A stretch of 64,000 bases of DNA, taken from Lama guanicoe (Eukaryota). This document shows, in pieces, positions 1-13,640 of the stretch; the stretch's first letter is position 1, and every line of letters begins with the position of its first letter. The stretch lies in NCBI GenBank assembly GCA_013239625.1, contig MU053934.1:7210399-7274398 (forward strand), in the 5' to 3' direction. The notes under the pieces are model-generated. The model saw only the letters and a program-made list of their open reading frames with translations, made no database searches and was not told the DNA's origin. The position numbers and the translations under genes were made by a program.

Positions 1-19
1 AGTAAGGGATGGATTTACT

Positions 20-330
20 TATTCATTCTGCAATACCTACTATCTGCCAGGCACTCTTCTAAGTCCTCGGAATGGAGCAGTGAACCAGACAGATGTGGTC
101 CTTGCCTGCCTCAGGCTGACAGCCTCATAAGGCATACTGACACGCAGTAAAGTAAAAGCAGAGACAGAGTGTGAGAAGAGCTGGATGGAGATAAATAAAA
201 GAGTAGAGGGAAGAGCAGGAGGGAGGGGCTTGTGGAGGCAGAATGGTGGGGCCTCTCAGAGGAACCCAGGTGGAGGGCAAGTGGGCATGTGAAGGGCAGG
301 AAGAGACCTTTCCAGCAGCAGGAGGCCCCA
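20..330 (-). mobile_element. Degenerate LINE-2 3' fragment
   Basis: attcattc...tacctactatctgccaggcactcttcta...gcagtgaaccagacagatgtggtccttgcc resembles the antisense L2 3' end; boundaries approximate. Confidence 0.6.
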
Positions 331-3300
331 GGGGGCAAAGGTCCCTGTACCAGCCCCAGCAGGGCAGGAGCCCACACACCTGCCTGAGGCAGCACTGAGG
401 TCTCTAGGGAAGAAGCTGTGTGGTAACACAGATCTTATATCTGTGCTAATGGATAAAAATTCAAGCCTCAAGTGCTTGTAAGATATGCTACTGAAAACCA
501 AGCACAGTCTTCCATACCTGTCCTTACCTGCTGTTACCTGTCTCTCAACATGTGATATATTTAACAAAAGAGAAACACCTAGCCTTTGACTCAACTATTT
601 CTTCTAAAACTTTTCCTACAGATAAATTCATCCAGAGTCAAAGGTAGGTACTCACTGTGGCATTGTTTTTAATAGGAAGAAAAACTAATAACACCGAAAG
701 CTACCTCACAGTCCACCAAGAATCAGAAACGCTGGCACACCTCTGGAATGGAACACAGGCAGCCAGAGGAGAGAGAGGGAGGGGAACTGTGTGCACAGAC
801 GTGAGCGACGTGACGACATCCCGCGTGCCGTGTGAACACAGTGGGTTGCAGCCCAGTAGGTATAGTCTGACCCCCCTGGTATTAAACCACAATTGGGTAC
901 CCACCAAAGTATGCCAATGCACAGGAAGTCCCACAGGGGCCTCAGACTTGCTCTGGGGACAGGGGGGCTTCCACATTTTGCCTCACAATCTTCTAAACAA
1001 TTGGGAAATTTTGACTATCAGCATGTAATACTTTTAGGATACAAAAACTAGTTCATAAAAATACCCTACTTTGTTTCATTAATGGCTTGTGTTGGAAGGA
1101 AGGAGGGGGTCCCTCTGGGCCACGTGACTGCACCACACCTTCGAGAGAGGAGTCCACACACATATCAAGGAATGACCACCCCTCTGCAAACACCCCCAGC
1201 TCTGCCTGCCACAGGTGTCCCCTCAGGGATCTCGGTCATCTCCTCACGGTGTCCTGGCTTCCCCCGTCCCTTCTGTCTATTCTCAACACAGAAACCCTTT
1301 CAAAACTCAAGTCGGACCACACAACACTCACTCCATAAAATTTTGCTGGATGAATTCAGGATGAGAAAAGTTGAATTGAAGAGTCAGGATAATTTTGATT
1401 TATACAGACTGAAGATCCACAGAGGGAAATAACCGGAGCATTTATGTGAAGATATTTTAAGTCCAGTGGTTAGAGTTCTTTTATAAACACTACTGCAGAC
1501 GTTAAACTAAACCACAAGTAGGTTCAGCAACCCTAGTGCGGGATGTGCGGCTCAGCCTCGGGTTGTGTACCAACAGCCACACAGGAAGCCCTCCTGCGGC
1601 TCCGCCCCAGGGCCCCGACCACCCCGGGGCCCACAGGTTCCTGGTTCCTCCCTGCCTCCAGCTCTGACTCAGGCTATTCCTGTACATCCAGTCAGTCCCT
1701 CTGAGAAAGGACGGGGTTTCCTACTTCTCTCTGGCCCTCAAGCTGCCCCCTATATGGTGGGTGCTCAGGGAGTCAGGCCTGCACCATTAGCAAAGCAGGA
1801 ACACTTTTTTTTTAATGACTCTAATGTCTGGCACAGCCTATTTTGTTTCCAATGATTTTATCTGGGAAAGTGAACATTCCTCAAAGGAAGAGATAGAGAT
1901 CAGCAAATAAAGTGACTTATATCTCTGGAACACTGTGTAGTGCATTTACCTCAGCAACGGAAAACAGCTTGTGTGTTACAGGATGCTTGGCTTTAAAGGC
2001 TGCCCCCTCTGAGGGAAGCACACTGAGGCCACAGCCCAGCAAGTCCCAGGCCCCAGATGGGGTGGGGAGGGTCCTCTAGAAGCAGTGTGGGCCAAACACT
2101 CAAAAGTGCTTCCAGAAATTTTTTAAAAAGTCATCGCCTCTCACAGAGCTTGGAGTTGCGATGGAAACCACCTCCTGAAACCAGCAGAGGAGTCACAGCC
2201 ACTTGATGGCACAGAGCTACCTGCTGCAAACCGAAGAAAGGGCTGGTGAGAGGAAGGGGAACTTCAGGGGTTCCACTGGGACACAGAGCTATTTCACGGA
2301 AAACAAACATGGCTCAAGACCCTTGAGTATCACAGTTCAGAAGAGAAGAGAAAGAGCTGGGGGAAAACACGTCTTATTTTGTTTTAGTCAACACCACAGA
2401 GGTAGCCCTCTTCCTCCTACAGAAAAAAAATCTTGCTGAGTTTGGTTAAAGAAAAACAAACTTTTCTAAACAGGGGGGCGATTCCACGCTATCAAACATG
2501 GCGCCGCTTTGGCTCAGCACAGCATCGGTTCCAGAGCAGGCACCTTCCTGCTCTGGTGTGACAATCTGGCTTCCTTAGCTTTGCTCATTCAACCCACCTG
2601 CACTGCTAAGCCCGTGACAGTTTCAAGACCAAATGTCTATTCTTTTGGCTACCACAGGGCTGTCAAAACCAACGAGGGCTCCTTGTGGCCAGGCTCTGTT
2701 CCACCAGCCTTGATTCTCATCACTCAGCTCTTCCTTCTCCTGTCACCCACTGTCTGTCTTTGCTGCAATCACGGCAAACAAGCTGTCCTGTGGTCCGCTG
2801 CTTTCAGTTGCATAATTTGCATTTCCCGCTTGTCTGACACATCGTGGTCCCACACTACTGTGCTGGGCCCTCACGGTCAGACCTCAGGGGTTTGGGGGTC
2901 TTTCCCAGTCAGAGCCAAGCCTGGAGGGACGTCACAGTACATACAGCTTCCCATTCTGTCCTGTCACTTCACCGGGGACTCTGGGCTCATACATTCCAAC
3001 AACAGTTGGTGAACCTCTCAAATACAGCTTAAAAACCAAGAGTTCAATCTGACACCCTCAGTCTACAATTAAGGGGGAGATTATATACCCTTGAGAAAGG
3101 ATGGAAAGATATCCTGAGAGGCATAGAAGACAAAAATGACCCCAAAATACACCTTGGCAGAAAAATGCTGCTGCCTTTGGGGTCCTACTCATTTCACACG
3201 ACTCTGATAGTATTTTAGGAGGTGAAACAGCACCTGCAATACTGCGCATGAATAAGAAATGGACAGAAAAGGGAAAAGACAAGACTAAGTTCATGTGAAA

Positions 3301-3637
3301 AGGAGAACTTCAGCTGTAGCAGAGACAAATGAGCCTCAGCACACCTTCTAATTCTCACATGGTAAATACAGAAATCAGACTGGTTGGGGTTTTTTATTTG
3401 TTTTTAATAAACTTCTAGCAAATTAACATTTATGAAACTAAATATGAAATTCCTCTAATGTCTACACTTCCAGAGTGTGTAGGACTCACTCCACTCGACC
3501 TTACATGGACACTAGTTATTCACACATGGACCCTGATGGACCAATGTTCTTTAGTGGAATGTTGTGCACATCTGAACACAATTAATCCCCCACAACAGGC
3601 AAGAATGGTAGCAGTGATGGTGGTTAGTATTAATTAC

Positions 3638-3655
3638 TAATTAGTTAACTAATTA
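3638..3655. repeat. Perfect 18-bp AT-rich palindrome
   Basis: taattagttaactaatta equals its own reverse complement. Confidence 0.9.
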
Positions 3656-4829
3656 AATATTAGTTAATCAGTCTGGTTTAGGAAATCACTGGGTATACAC
3701 TGCCAGGAATGCCAATTTTTAAAGAAAAATATATGTAAATAATCACACACGCTTCAAATAAACAAACCCTATAAAGCTATCCTGAACATAATTTAATTTT
3801 TGATGACTCAGAAGTCATTTTTCACTCTTACAAAAGGGCTCTCAGGGCCAAAATTTGGAAGACTCTTCCTAAGTTCACCATTAAACAGCAGTGGGATCTT
3901 GGGTAACTTCTTAGCATCCCACTACCTTCACTGAAGAGTGCAGGATTAAACAAACGCAGATTTCTCTGAGTTTAAAATGTTTTAAAAGAACCTCCTACTG
4001 GCAAGAGATTATGGTTAAACTTGAGTGGATTAAAGCTAAATCATCATAAGAGAGTGCATTTGCAGTGACTTTCACGGCTGTAAAGTACTTTCCTGCTTTA
4101 TCAGATCTGACCCTTACAGCCACCCTGCGAGGGCATTCTCACAGGTCCCGGAAGTTCAGCTATGAACTCATTTTCAGGGGTTCCCTGTGAAACATGCTCT
4201 AGTCAACATAAAGCCTCTACTTCTGAGCATGTCCACATCACAGACCTTACCGGACAATCTTGGTGACACAACATGGCACCTGTGCTACAGGCCTGCACGT
4301 ATAAATGTTAAAGTTTAAAGGGAATATCAATAGCAATTAATACGTGCATTTTACAAAATGAGTGAAAAAAGGCATGACTCTCAGTAATCACAGCCTCATG
4401 CACTGTGATAGGCACTCTGACCTGGGGTCCCAGGGCTTCCCACTGAAGACCCCTTGTCAATGGCTGCCGGGAGGTCAGGCCAGTGACAGCTCTAGGAGTT
4501 CAGTGCGTTGTGAAGCACTAGGTGGGGGCAGTGCCTCTGCTAGTGGCTTAATCCTGCTTCCAAACTATGGGCAGAAGAAAGAGCATCTCTAAACCCCACA
4601 AATGATCCCTCAAGTTTTTCTCTCAAGGTTAGTTTGTCCACCTTCTAGAAGGCATATCATACTGACCACCACATGGCTGGGGACATCTTTTCAATCACAT
4701 GACATGCTCTCTAGAGGATGACCTACTCCCAGCTCAGACAATGCAGGCGAGTTAGCTACCCATCTGACAGGTTCGAGGCCCACTTTTGTCACCCCCAGGG
4801 CTCCAAGGAGAATTTAGATCTTTTAGGTC

Positions 4830-5130
4830 CTTGCATCTCCCTTCACACACTATTCCCTCTCCCTGGAACTGCCTCCCAGATGAGTGTCAAGATACTAATT
4901 ATTCTTTAAGATCAGGATCAAATATCACCTTCTCCATGAAGACTTCCTTCATTCCCAGTCAAAATTAAGCTTTGCTGTCTGGCCTATCCTGAGTACCATG
5001 TTTCTCTCTTACAAGACTCACTCCACTCAACCTTACACAGACACTAGTCACCCATGCATGTGTCTCTATCATGAGACAGGATCCTTGAGGGCAGGGTTTT
5101 TATTTCTGTAACCCAATCCTAGCATAAAGT
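4830..5130 (+). mobile_element. Degenerate LINE-2 3' fragment
   Basis: attccctctccctggaact...tcaaatatcaccttctccatgaagacttcc...ccttgagggcaggg are L2-typical motifs. Confidence 0.55.
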
Positions 5131-6454
5131 TAGTTGTAGTGAGAATGAAAGTCCTACTTCTTCCATTTTGACCATGCGATGACTTGGGAACTGAGCCCAT
5201 GCTCGACACAAGACAGAGGAAGCCTGGATCTCTGACTCTGGTGTGCCCACCAGCCCCTGGGATGCCACTCTTGGCTTTAGGTGTGAGCCTAGCTCCCTTC
5301 TGCCCCCAATTCCACAGCCCCAGGGCTCACCACCACCGACCCCTCTGTGAAGCCAGCACTCTCTGTTGCCCTCATGTCCTCATGTCTCGCAGAGCCCCGC
5401 ACGAGTGAGACTTCGCTCAATTCTGACCCAAGAAGTACATAGATGCTCATGTTCACACCACATGAAGTCAAGGGGAAGGAACATCATCAAATAATGAATT
5501 TTGAGACTGACCGTCTTTCTTTTAAATTTATTAAACTGTTTCAAAAATGCATTTGAAAGTACGAAAGTGGGTCACCTTAAAAGAATAAAAATCATTTATG
5601 AAAATAAAAACACCTCCATGATTTGGGTTATCCAATCTTTCAATCTGGTTTGAATTAATGGGAAAATTTAAGAATTACAAAATGAAAGCTTCTGACACTT
5701 CAAGTTCAAAACTAAACTAAACTTATCCTTGAAGTAACTGCATTTTATTTCTTACTGATACTCCTAATCTTAGAGACAGATGCTAAATGTATAGTATAAT
5801 GGCTTCTAATGAGATGTTGGCCTGAAAACTTTAATTTGAACTAGTAGCACCCAAGTTCTCATATATTATATTATTTGTAGTTTAAATGTATTTACATGTG
5901 CTTCCTTGATTAAAAGAAGGAACATATTAAGCAAATGAAATTAATAATTTTAGAAACACTGCTACCAAGGCTGTAGCAGATGCAACAAAGGCTTAACAGC
6001 ATTTGGGCAACAGTAGGTGAGAGGGGCCATTTCATTATCAGTTACCATTGCTAAGAGGGAAACTGGCAACACATGAGCTGATATAAAAATTTACTGGACA
6101 AAAACATCAAGTTTGTCAGGCAACAGGGTGGGTAGAAGAGAAAAGTCAAGTAGGACAAAACAAGGAAAGTTGCCAAGCCGAGGACAGGAGAAAAGGCCAG
6201 GAAAAAGGGGGCCAAAAGTTCAAGCAGTCCTGCCCCTCACAAGGGTCTCACAGGGTCAGCGTCCACATGCCCTGCAGCCATGAGACATGCCCCAGCGTGG
6301 GCAGGAACTCCAACCTCTCCCATCCTGTCTTCCCACATCCGACGTTTACGAGCCCTGACCGAGTGCCGGACTCCATGGGAAGAGTGTTGAGGGGTTCACA
6401 ACTGCCTTCAGAGTTGTGTGGGGTGCAGTTCCTCTCCTCACCAGGTGGCAGAAA

Positions 6455-6660
6455 TAACAAGTCAGTATTTCTTGAGCACTTCCTAGGTGCTAGGCACCAT
6501 TCATCCTCAGAACAGCCCTACGAGGCAGCTACTACTATCACCCTCATCTTACAGGCGAAGAGACAAGGCAGAAACATGTTTAAGTAACTTGATCAAGGCC
6601 ACAGAGCTAGGAAGTAGCAGAGGTGGGACTCAAACCCAGGCCAGGCACCCCAGAGCCTGC
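6455..6660 (-). mobile_element. MIR SINE
   Basis: ttgagcacttcctaggtgctaggcac...ctcatcttacagg...aagtaacttgatcaaggccacagagctag...gggactcaaacccagg matches the MIR core in antisense. Confidence 0.75.
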
Positions 6661-7019
6661 TCCATGGCCAGCCGGTAGTGCTGCCTCCTGGGTGGGAGGC
6701 AGGCTAGGAGAGGCAGAGGTGAGGAACAGGCGCATGACTCCGATAAAACAACAGGTTGGGGGTCTGATGGGATGGCACTCCAGCAGAGGCTCCAATAAGG
6801 TAGAATGTCAGCATTCGGTCATTCATTCATTCAGCATTCATGGAGCACCTGTGAGGAGTCCTGTTCTGGAAGCATCCCTACTCGAGCAGCTCAGAGTGTC
6901 TGGGGAGGGGGACAAGCCTGTAAGCCGCACCTGCCTCGCTCCCAGGTGTACTCCACAGGTGAGCACGGTACCCACATGAAAAAGGCACTAATATGAGAGA
7001 ATGAACGAATGATGAATGA

Positions 7020-7150
7020 ATCCCACCCCTGCCGCTTACTAGCTAGATAACCATGGGTAAGTTGTTTAACCTCTCTGAGCCTGTTTCCTCATTTGGAAAA
7101 TAAAACCAATACTGCCTATTACTCCTTGGGCTTGCTGGGTAGATGAAATA
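7020..7150 (+). mobile_element. MIR SINE
   Basis: gggtaagttgtttaacctctctgagcctgtttcctcatttggaaaat is the MIR core. Confidence 0.7.
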
Positions 7151-7849
7151 CCTCAGTCGAGGGTGGAGCGAGCCGTTCTCCACCAGAGTGCTGAGGAAGG
7201 CCGGAACAGGGCATCCAGCACAGACAGCTTCCCAGCCCAGGGACGCTAAGCTGGATCCTGAGGAGCCGATGGGAACCAGGCAGGCGTACAGGCACAGGGG
7301 CAGGGCATTCCGGACAGAAGAATCCTTAGGGAAGGGAGGGGGCGGGGAAATGGGGGTACAGAGGGGCCCACCCAGGATTCAGAGGGCCAGACAGCATGGG
7401 GTGGTGGCGCACATCCTGAAACAGGAACAGTGAGGAAGGAAGGAGGAACTGGTGTTACACTTCTACACAAAAATCCCCATGTGGTTTAAACTTCATGAGT
7501 TTCTCATAACTTGTAATTTTCCCACTGCTGGCAAGACTGAGAACAATTTCATACACTATTAATATTTACATTTTTAATTGACAGGGCCACACAGATATCA
7601 TTGTATCATCATTATTGACAACCACAATGTATTTAGTTACACAATACCTCTTTTCAAGAAGAACCCAGAAAACTTCACAAAATCCCAAATCACTAGGAAT
7701 GCAAGTGATATTAATAACTCTAAAATTTCACAGTTAAAATGTAAACAAAAGTGTAATGTTTTTCCAAGTAACCACAATGTCAGGTGGAACAGGAAATCCA
7801 CCTTCACTTTCAATTTCTAGTCTCCCCAGGACAACCCTTTAAGATACTG

Positions 7850-8200
7850 AAATCTAGTCACTTCTCTGTTCCAAACCCACCGGCACTCAGAACTAAGCCC
7901 TAACTCCTCACCTCTGCTGCATCATGACCTGGCACTTGCCTGCCCCTTTCCACTCTCCCTCACTGGTTGGCCCTGTTCTGCCTCAGTCCCACTTATCTTC
8001 CCACTGTTTCTTGAACATACCAAGCCCATCTCTGCCTCAGAGCCTTTGCACATGCTGTTTCCTCTCCTTAGTATGCTCTTCCCTGAGATAAGTGCATGGC
8101 CTGCTTCCTGACACCATGTGAGCCTCCGCCCAGACAGAGATGCTCAGGAGCGTCCTGACCGTGCCCTCTCCTCCAGCGCCATCTCCCACCACCACCAGCT
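7850..8200 (+). mobile_element. LINE-2 fragment
   Basis: ttcttgaacataccaagcccatctctgcctcagagcctttgcacatgctgtttcctct is L2a-like. Confidence 0.65.
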
Positions 8201-11200
8201 CTACAAGATCTGTAAGATCTTTACAATAATATACTGTTGTTAGCAATTTCACTCACAAAGTCATATAGCAACATCTCTTGCATTATACAAGAAAGAAAAA
8301 AGACTAGTTACTCAGATAATTAGCCACAAATGTTTCTTGAGCTGAGAACAAAACTTAATTTTTCAGTGATTATTAAAAAATCACTTATTCTACAGTGTCA
8401 GCTTATACAGCCACTCAATCAGAAGACCTTCCCACCTGAAGCCTCCTGGGCAGCCTCCAAAGCATCCAAAACTATGTTTTCTTTGGTTTTTGTTGTTCAA
8501 AACGGGATCCACTCTGAACTGGTAGAAGCAGCTGTGTTAGTAACCAAAGGTCCAGTCAGTAATACCACACTTTAAATTCTTGAGTGTCAGGAACTGCTCT
8601 ATCACTGAGTTAGCGTTTATATTTATAGTAGAATTTGAAAATGTTTGGCCAGACGAGTCCTCTATAATAAGCCCAGACACAGGCCCAGAACCTAGTTCAA
8701 TACTAGGAAAAAGGTTATTCCTGAAAAGCGGAAGAGGTCAAAAACTTTAAGAGATTGGAAACAGACTATCTCCAAGATTCCACAATGCTCTGGGACTTGC
8801 TCTAAATCCTGAACGATCCTTTAAGAAATACATATATTTCAAAGCAATGAAATGCAGAAAAGTATCTCCCTGAATAATCCTGAGTGCCGGGAAGAGACGG
8901 CAAGGCAAACTTCACTAGTGACTACCAGGACCAGCACTGTTTTTCTTTCGACTGCAGACTCTTAAAATAAGAGGCCTTCCCAAAGTGGAAGCCTCAATCA
9001 AGTCCAAAAATAAATGAATAAATGAACATGAGCAAGAGAAGAAACACACACTCAGGCTTAAGGAGAACCAAGAGTCTGTTGGATGTCTGCACCAAAACGT
9101 CCAGGGTCATCACTTCCCAAGCAAACGTGGCAGCCTGCCCATCCTGCGCCCTCACCATGGGATCCCAAGGGGAAGTGGCTCCACACAGATGACACTGGTC
9201 CCTGCTCACACCACTGATGGGACCACTGCATGGCCCTTCACGGAATCGAACCCTGTCTCTCCCCAGCGTCGATAGTGGGAAAAGCAACTAACTTCTCCAG
9301 TTTTGAGAAAAATGCTATTGCAGCTGGAAAAACATTCTTGGATATCACAAATATGATATTCTGATTCTAAGGGACTGTAAATTTGATATTGAAGTGTGTG
9401 AAAGTATGAACAAGCAGATTTGAGGAAATATTATGGAGCCATGGTAACAGAAACCACGGAAGAAACTCCAGTTGCACAGAACTGTTTAAAAATAAACGGG
9501 ATACTAAAATCCAGCAAAAAGTTACAATGACTCACACTGTTTTCCTCAAATACTTATGAGAACAGCCAGTTCTCTGACAGTGCTCCAGGCTTTTTCCCCA
9601 TTGGAGAAACGTGAGACAAAGAAAGTAAAAAGCTTTGAGACTTTTCTCTAACTTTACCAGCAACTTGATATGAATAGGGCCTTATATGTTTTACAGTTTG
9701 ATGAGAATACAGAAATGTTCATTCATGAAGAGAATTGTTTTGAGGCTTTCAATAAAAGCCAAACTAATTAAAAAATACACGAGGTCCCAGAGTATGCTTC
9801 TCTGAGTGCTCAAATACCAGCAAATGTAGTCAAGAACTATAGCTAACTTTCCATCAGTAATGCACAGCCTTTCAAGGCATTTTGTGTGTGTGTGACCACC
9901 TGTCCCCTTTCTTCACTTGCGTGAACACCCCACCTCCCTCCCTCAGATCCCATTTCCACTGCATGTTCTTTAACTACACATACACACCTTTTAAGGTGGC
10001 AGCCGCACACAGAGGACCCTCTTGGGCCCCACATAGAGTAAACCCACAGGACTCAGGCCTGGGAGTCCCCACATGTGCAGCACACCACGGCCTGAGACTG
10101 CCCTTCCTTGTCAACTCCCACCCATCCCACAAGGGCCAGTCTGAATGTTATCTCCTCTGAGGACCCTCTGCCCACCATGTCCCAGTTTCATTCCTCTATG
10201 GAGCTACTACTGCTTGGCTGCTATAACCCTGTTTCCCCAATCAGGCTATTAGTTCCTGGGGGGACTCTGGTGCTGTCACAGTACCTGCAGCTGCTCAGCT
10301 GAGTCACTGAAGAGAGAAATGGAGCCAGGGAATGGACCTCTCAGGAAACCTCGGAGCCCCGGCGTGTCCGAGCCATAGTCCTCACTAGTCAGGGCTTGGC
10401 TTCTCCCTGTTCCCTTTCCCCAGCCCTATTCACTCTCTCTCTTCTCTCCTCCCACGAAAATCATTATTCTCCTGTCCAAAATGCCACCCTGACACGTGCC
10501 CAAAGACCTGTTTTGGACATTCAACATACTTGCCTACAATTCTGTCTGGAGACAGAGCACCAGGAAACTTTCGTGAAACAGCTCTGCTGCCACTTGGAGA
10601 ACAGTTTCAATGAAGTAGCCGTGCTTAGGCAACTCTCTAAAATTTACTTTGTTTAGGGCTAACTTTTAAATCTTTTGCAACATAAATTATTCATTAAGCC
10701 CCATAATCACTGCAATTTCAATCTAGTTTGTTACCAACAGCCCAGGAGAACCAACAAAACATATACCAGCTTTGAGTTGAGGCAGGGGAAAGCGTGGCCC
10801 ACAGAGACAGAGGTCAACTTGGAAACATGCTCACAGCAGGAAAACGGAACACACTGAGCTACTGGAAAGACAGGTGACTAACCAGCAACAGCATCACACA
10901 CCTCCAGGTCTGGGAAGCAGGCCCGAGACACTACCACGGCAGAGGGGGAGTCCTTGCACATCCCATGCCGGGCTCCAGGGGTCTCTGTGAGAGCGCTCGC
11001 TAGGAACAGAACGACGCAGCCACCCAGGTCTTACTAGCCATGTGCACCAAACAAATCACATCACTGCTTTGTGCCTCTGGCTTTCCACTCATAAAACAAA
11101 CAGGGATGATGGTGTCCCCCCACACTCCACCCCCCGCAGACTTCTTAATGAAGATTAGCTTAGACAATGCAAGGAAGTGCCTGTCTCTTGTGTGGCAAAC

Positions 11201-11589
11201 AATAAATGTTGATTCCCTTCCCTGGCTTTGGTGTAAATCTAATGAGAATGACCTTGAAATTAGCACAAGACTCCTTAGGCCCTCAGTTTCCTTGTTCATA
11301 ACGTAGGTGATCTTTAAGTTCTGCTTAGACTTTAACATGCTAAGCGGAGTCTGGGAATATAGACAAAGGATGGATGGGGCTGGCACTGGTTCAAAGTTTT
11401 AAGTGAAAATGTGCATGATGTACTTTGTGTCAAAACAAAACATGCAGATGATTTTTTAATAAATCAAAGTAGCAATCAAAAAACGTTTTGTTTCTAATTA
11501 AATTCGCATATATCCACTGGGAATGCATTGGTAATCTATCCACCCTACTGCTTTTATTTTCCATCCTTTCCATACCTTTTATTCGCAGG

Positions 11590-11990
11590 ATGTGCTGGGG
11601 AATCTAATAGGGTATGGAATAAACAAAAATCTCCACCCTCATGGAGCTGATGTTCTACTGCAGGTGACGTCAAAGGAAGTAAGTCACAGAGCAGCAGCTC
11701 TGCAGAGAACTAAACAAGGACAAGGGGTGAGGGTGGAGGCAGAAAGGAGACTGTTCCTTTAGGTAGAGTGGCTAGAGCAGGTCTCATTGAAAAGGTGACA
11801 TCTGAGACAAAATGGGAACAAGTGAGCCACGAGGACCTCCAGGAGAAAGGCCCCAGCAAGAGGACGATCACATGTAATGGCACAGAAGGCCTGCCTGGCG
11901 CGTCTGAGGAACAGTGAGACGGCTTCTGACGTATTTCCCTGGGAGAGAAGATGGTGACCGAGGCCAGGCAGACAGCAGTAGAAACAATGA
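11590..11990 (-). mobile_element. LINE-2 fragment
   Basis: caccctcatggagctgatgttctactg...ggtctcattgaaaaggtgacatctgag...tctgaggaacagtgagacggc is L2-like in antisense. Confidence 0.6.
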
Positions 11991-13515
11991 CACATAAGTC
12001 TGGAAAGAATACTGAGGAGAAAACAAAATGGCCTCAATCTTTCAACTTCTATCCCATCACAAGGTCTACCCCCAACTCCCTGACTAGGTTTCTGGGCTCA
12101 GTCATTCAACGAGCACCTGCTTAGCAGCGATCATGCCCTGTATCCCCCCGAGCTCAGCTCCCCTGACCCAGGCTTTTTCAAGGCCCACTGGGGGTGAGGA
12201 GCAGGGAAGTGGGCCCTGAGCCCTTTCCTCTGAAGCCCTGTAGCTCCGAGAGGCAGGCAAGTCCAGCACCCTGAAGGTCCCATACTGTTGCGGGGCCAGC
12301 TGCACAGACTCGGAGCCAGAGCAGCTCCTCCTCCCCCTCCCCGCAAGCAGTCCTGGACCCCCGCCTCTAGAAGGCTCAGCCTCAGTAACTTCAGAGAGGC
12401 ACCGGGCAGTAAGCAGTCTTGCCTGTTCTGCACAGCAGACTATTCCCAACTCACTTCCTCACCACCCCTACCCGCACGTGCAGAGTAAAACAAAAATCAT
12501 CTTGCTAAATGCTAGATTTAAGCCAACAACCCTAAAAATCAATGCCATTTAAACTGAGCAGAATGTAAATGTTTTTGAAGCACACAAAGTAGTCACTTCA
12601 GGTAAGTTTGGGGGGGAGGTCTTTTGAAATCACTCTTTGGATGATCTGCATGAGCAGTTTAGTCTCTAAATAGTTCCCTGGGCTCACAAAGCAGCACAAG
12701 AAATGAATAGTGAATACTTAGCAGTGAATTTCTATATCCTGAGAATGAAAATTAAGATGGTTCTGAAGATCCAGAGAAAGGTGTGTCTGTTTATTTTATT
12801 CTTAAAATTGTCCTGAAGAACAAAGGAAAGCCCCAGATGCAGAAAACACTTAATAAAGCCTCCCTTTGGACTACACAAGGGGGCGTTAAAAGGCTTGACC
12901 TTTCCTTTCCGATTATCTTACAGGAAATGAACTCAAATCTTAAAACGAGTTGTTCTATCACACAGTAGGCTTCAGAAGCAGTCAGGGAAGTTCTTTCTCT
13001 CGGAAGGGCTCACCAAGTATGTACTGTGTGTCAAGGGCCACACCAAGCAGTGGTTGTACAAACACGCAGGCGCCAAACAGGCCACTCGGCAACTCCCCAG
13101 GGTCCTTGAGGCGCTACCATTTCACCCAGACAGCCTGGCCGAGCCAGCACCCACACCACGTGCCACCTGTGCAGCCTCAGAGGGCTGGCTCCTACTTTAC
13201 CTGGAATTCCACCAGGGGAGGACTCTGCCCTCTTTTTCTATGTATAACCCAAAGCAGGTGCTCAAGAAATGAGAAAGGACCACAAAGTGAAGGGAAGAGA
13301 AGAGCAGAGAGGAGGTGCTGTCTGGGCTGGATCCTGAAGGTTAGACAAGGTGACAGATTTTCTATGCAAGAAATTCATATTCAAAAAATACTGCATTTAG
13401 AGTCATGCAGTCACCTTTAAGATGACTGTTTTGCCCCTGGTGTCTTTTTTCCATCCTAATAGCTGAAAGAAAACAAGTGATGGCCAGCCCATCACCCCCC
13501 ACCCCCATCACTTAC

Positions 13516-13640
13516 AGGTGGCTTTTCATGTCCTGGATAGTAACTGTCTCAGGTTACAGAGAATCAGCAGCAAAGGTAGGCTGATACTCCGAGTCACTAG
13601 CCCACCAGCTGTTAATTCAGCCATGTGATTTAAAGAGGAG
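13516..13640 (-). other. Candidate 125-nt exon of an unidentified minus-strand gene
   Basis: Minus strand reads gctgtttgttccag|CTCC...GCCACCT|gtaagt; no recognisable protein; may be a UTR exon or a pseudo-exon. Confidence 0.25.
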
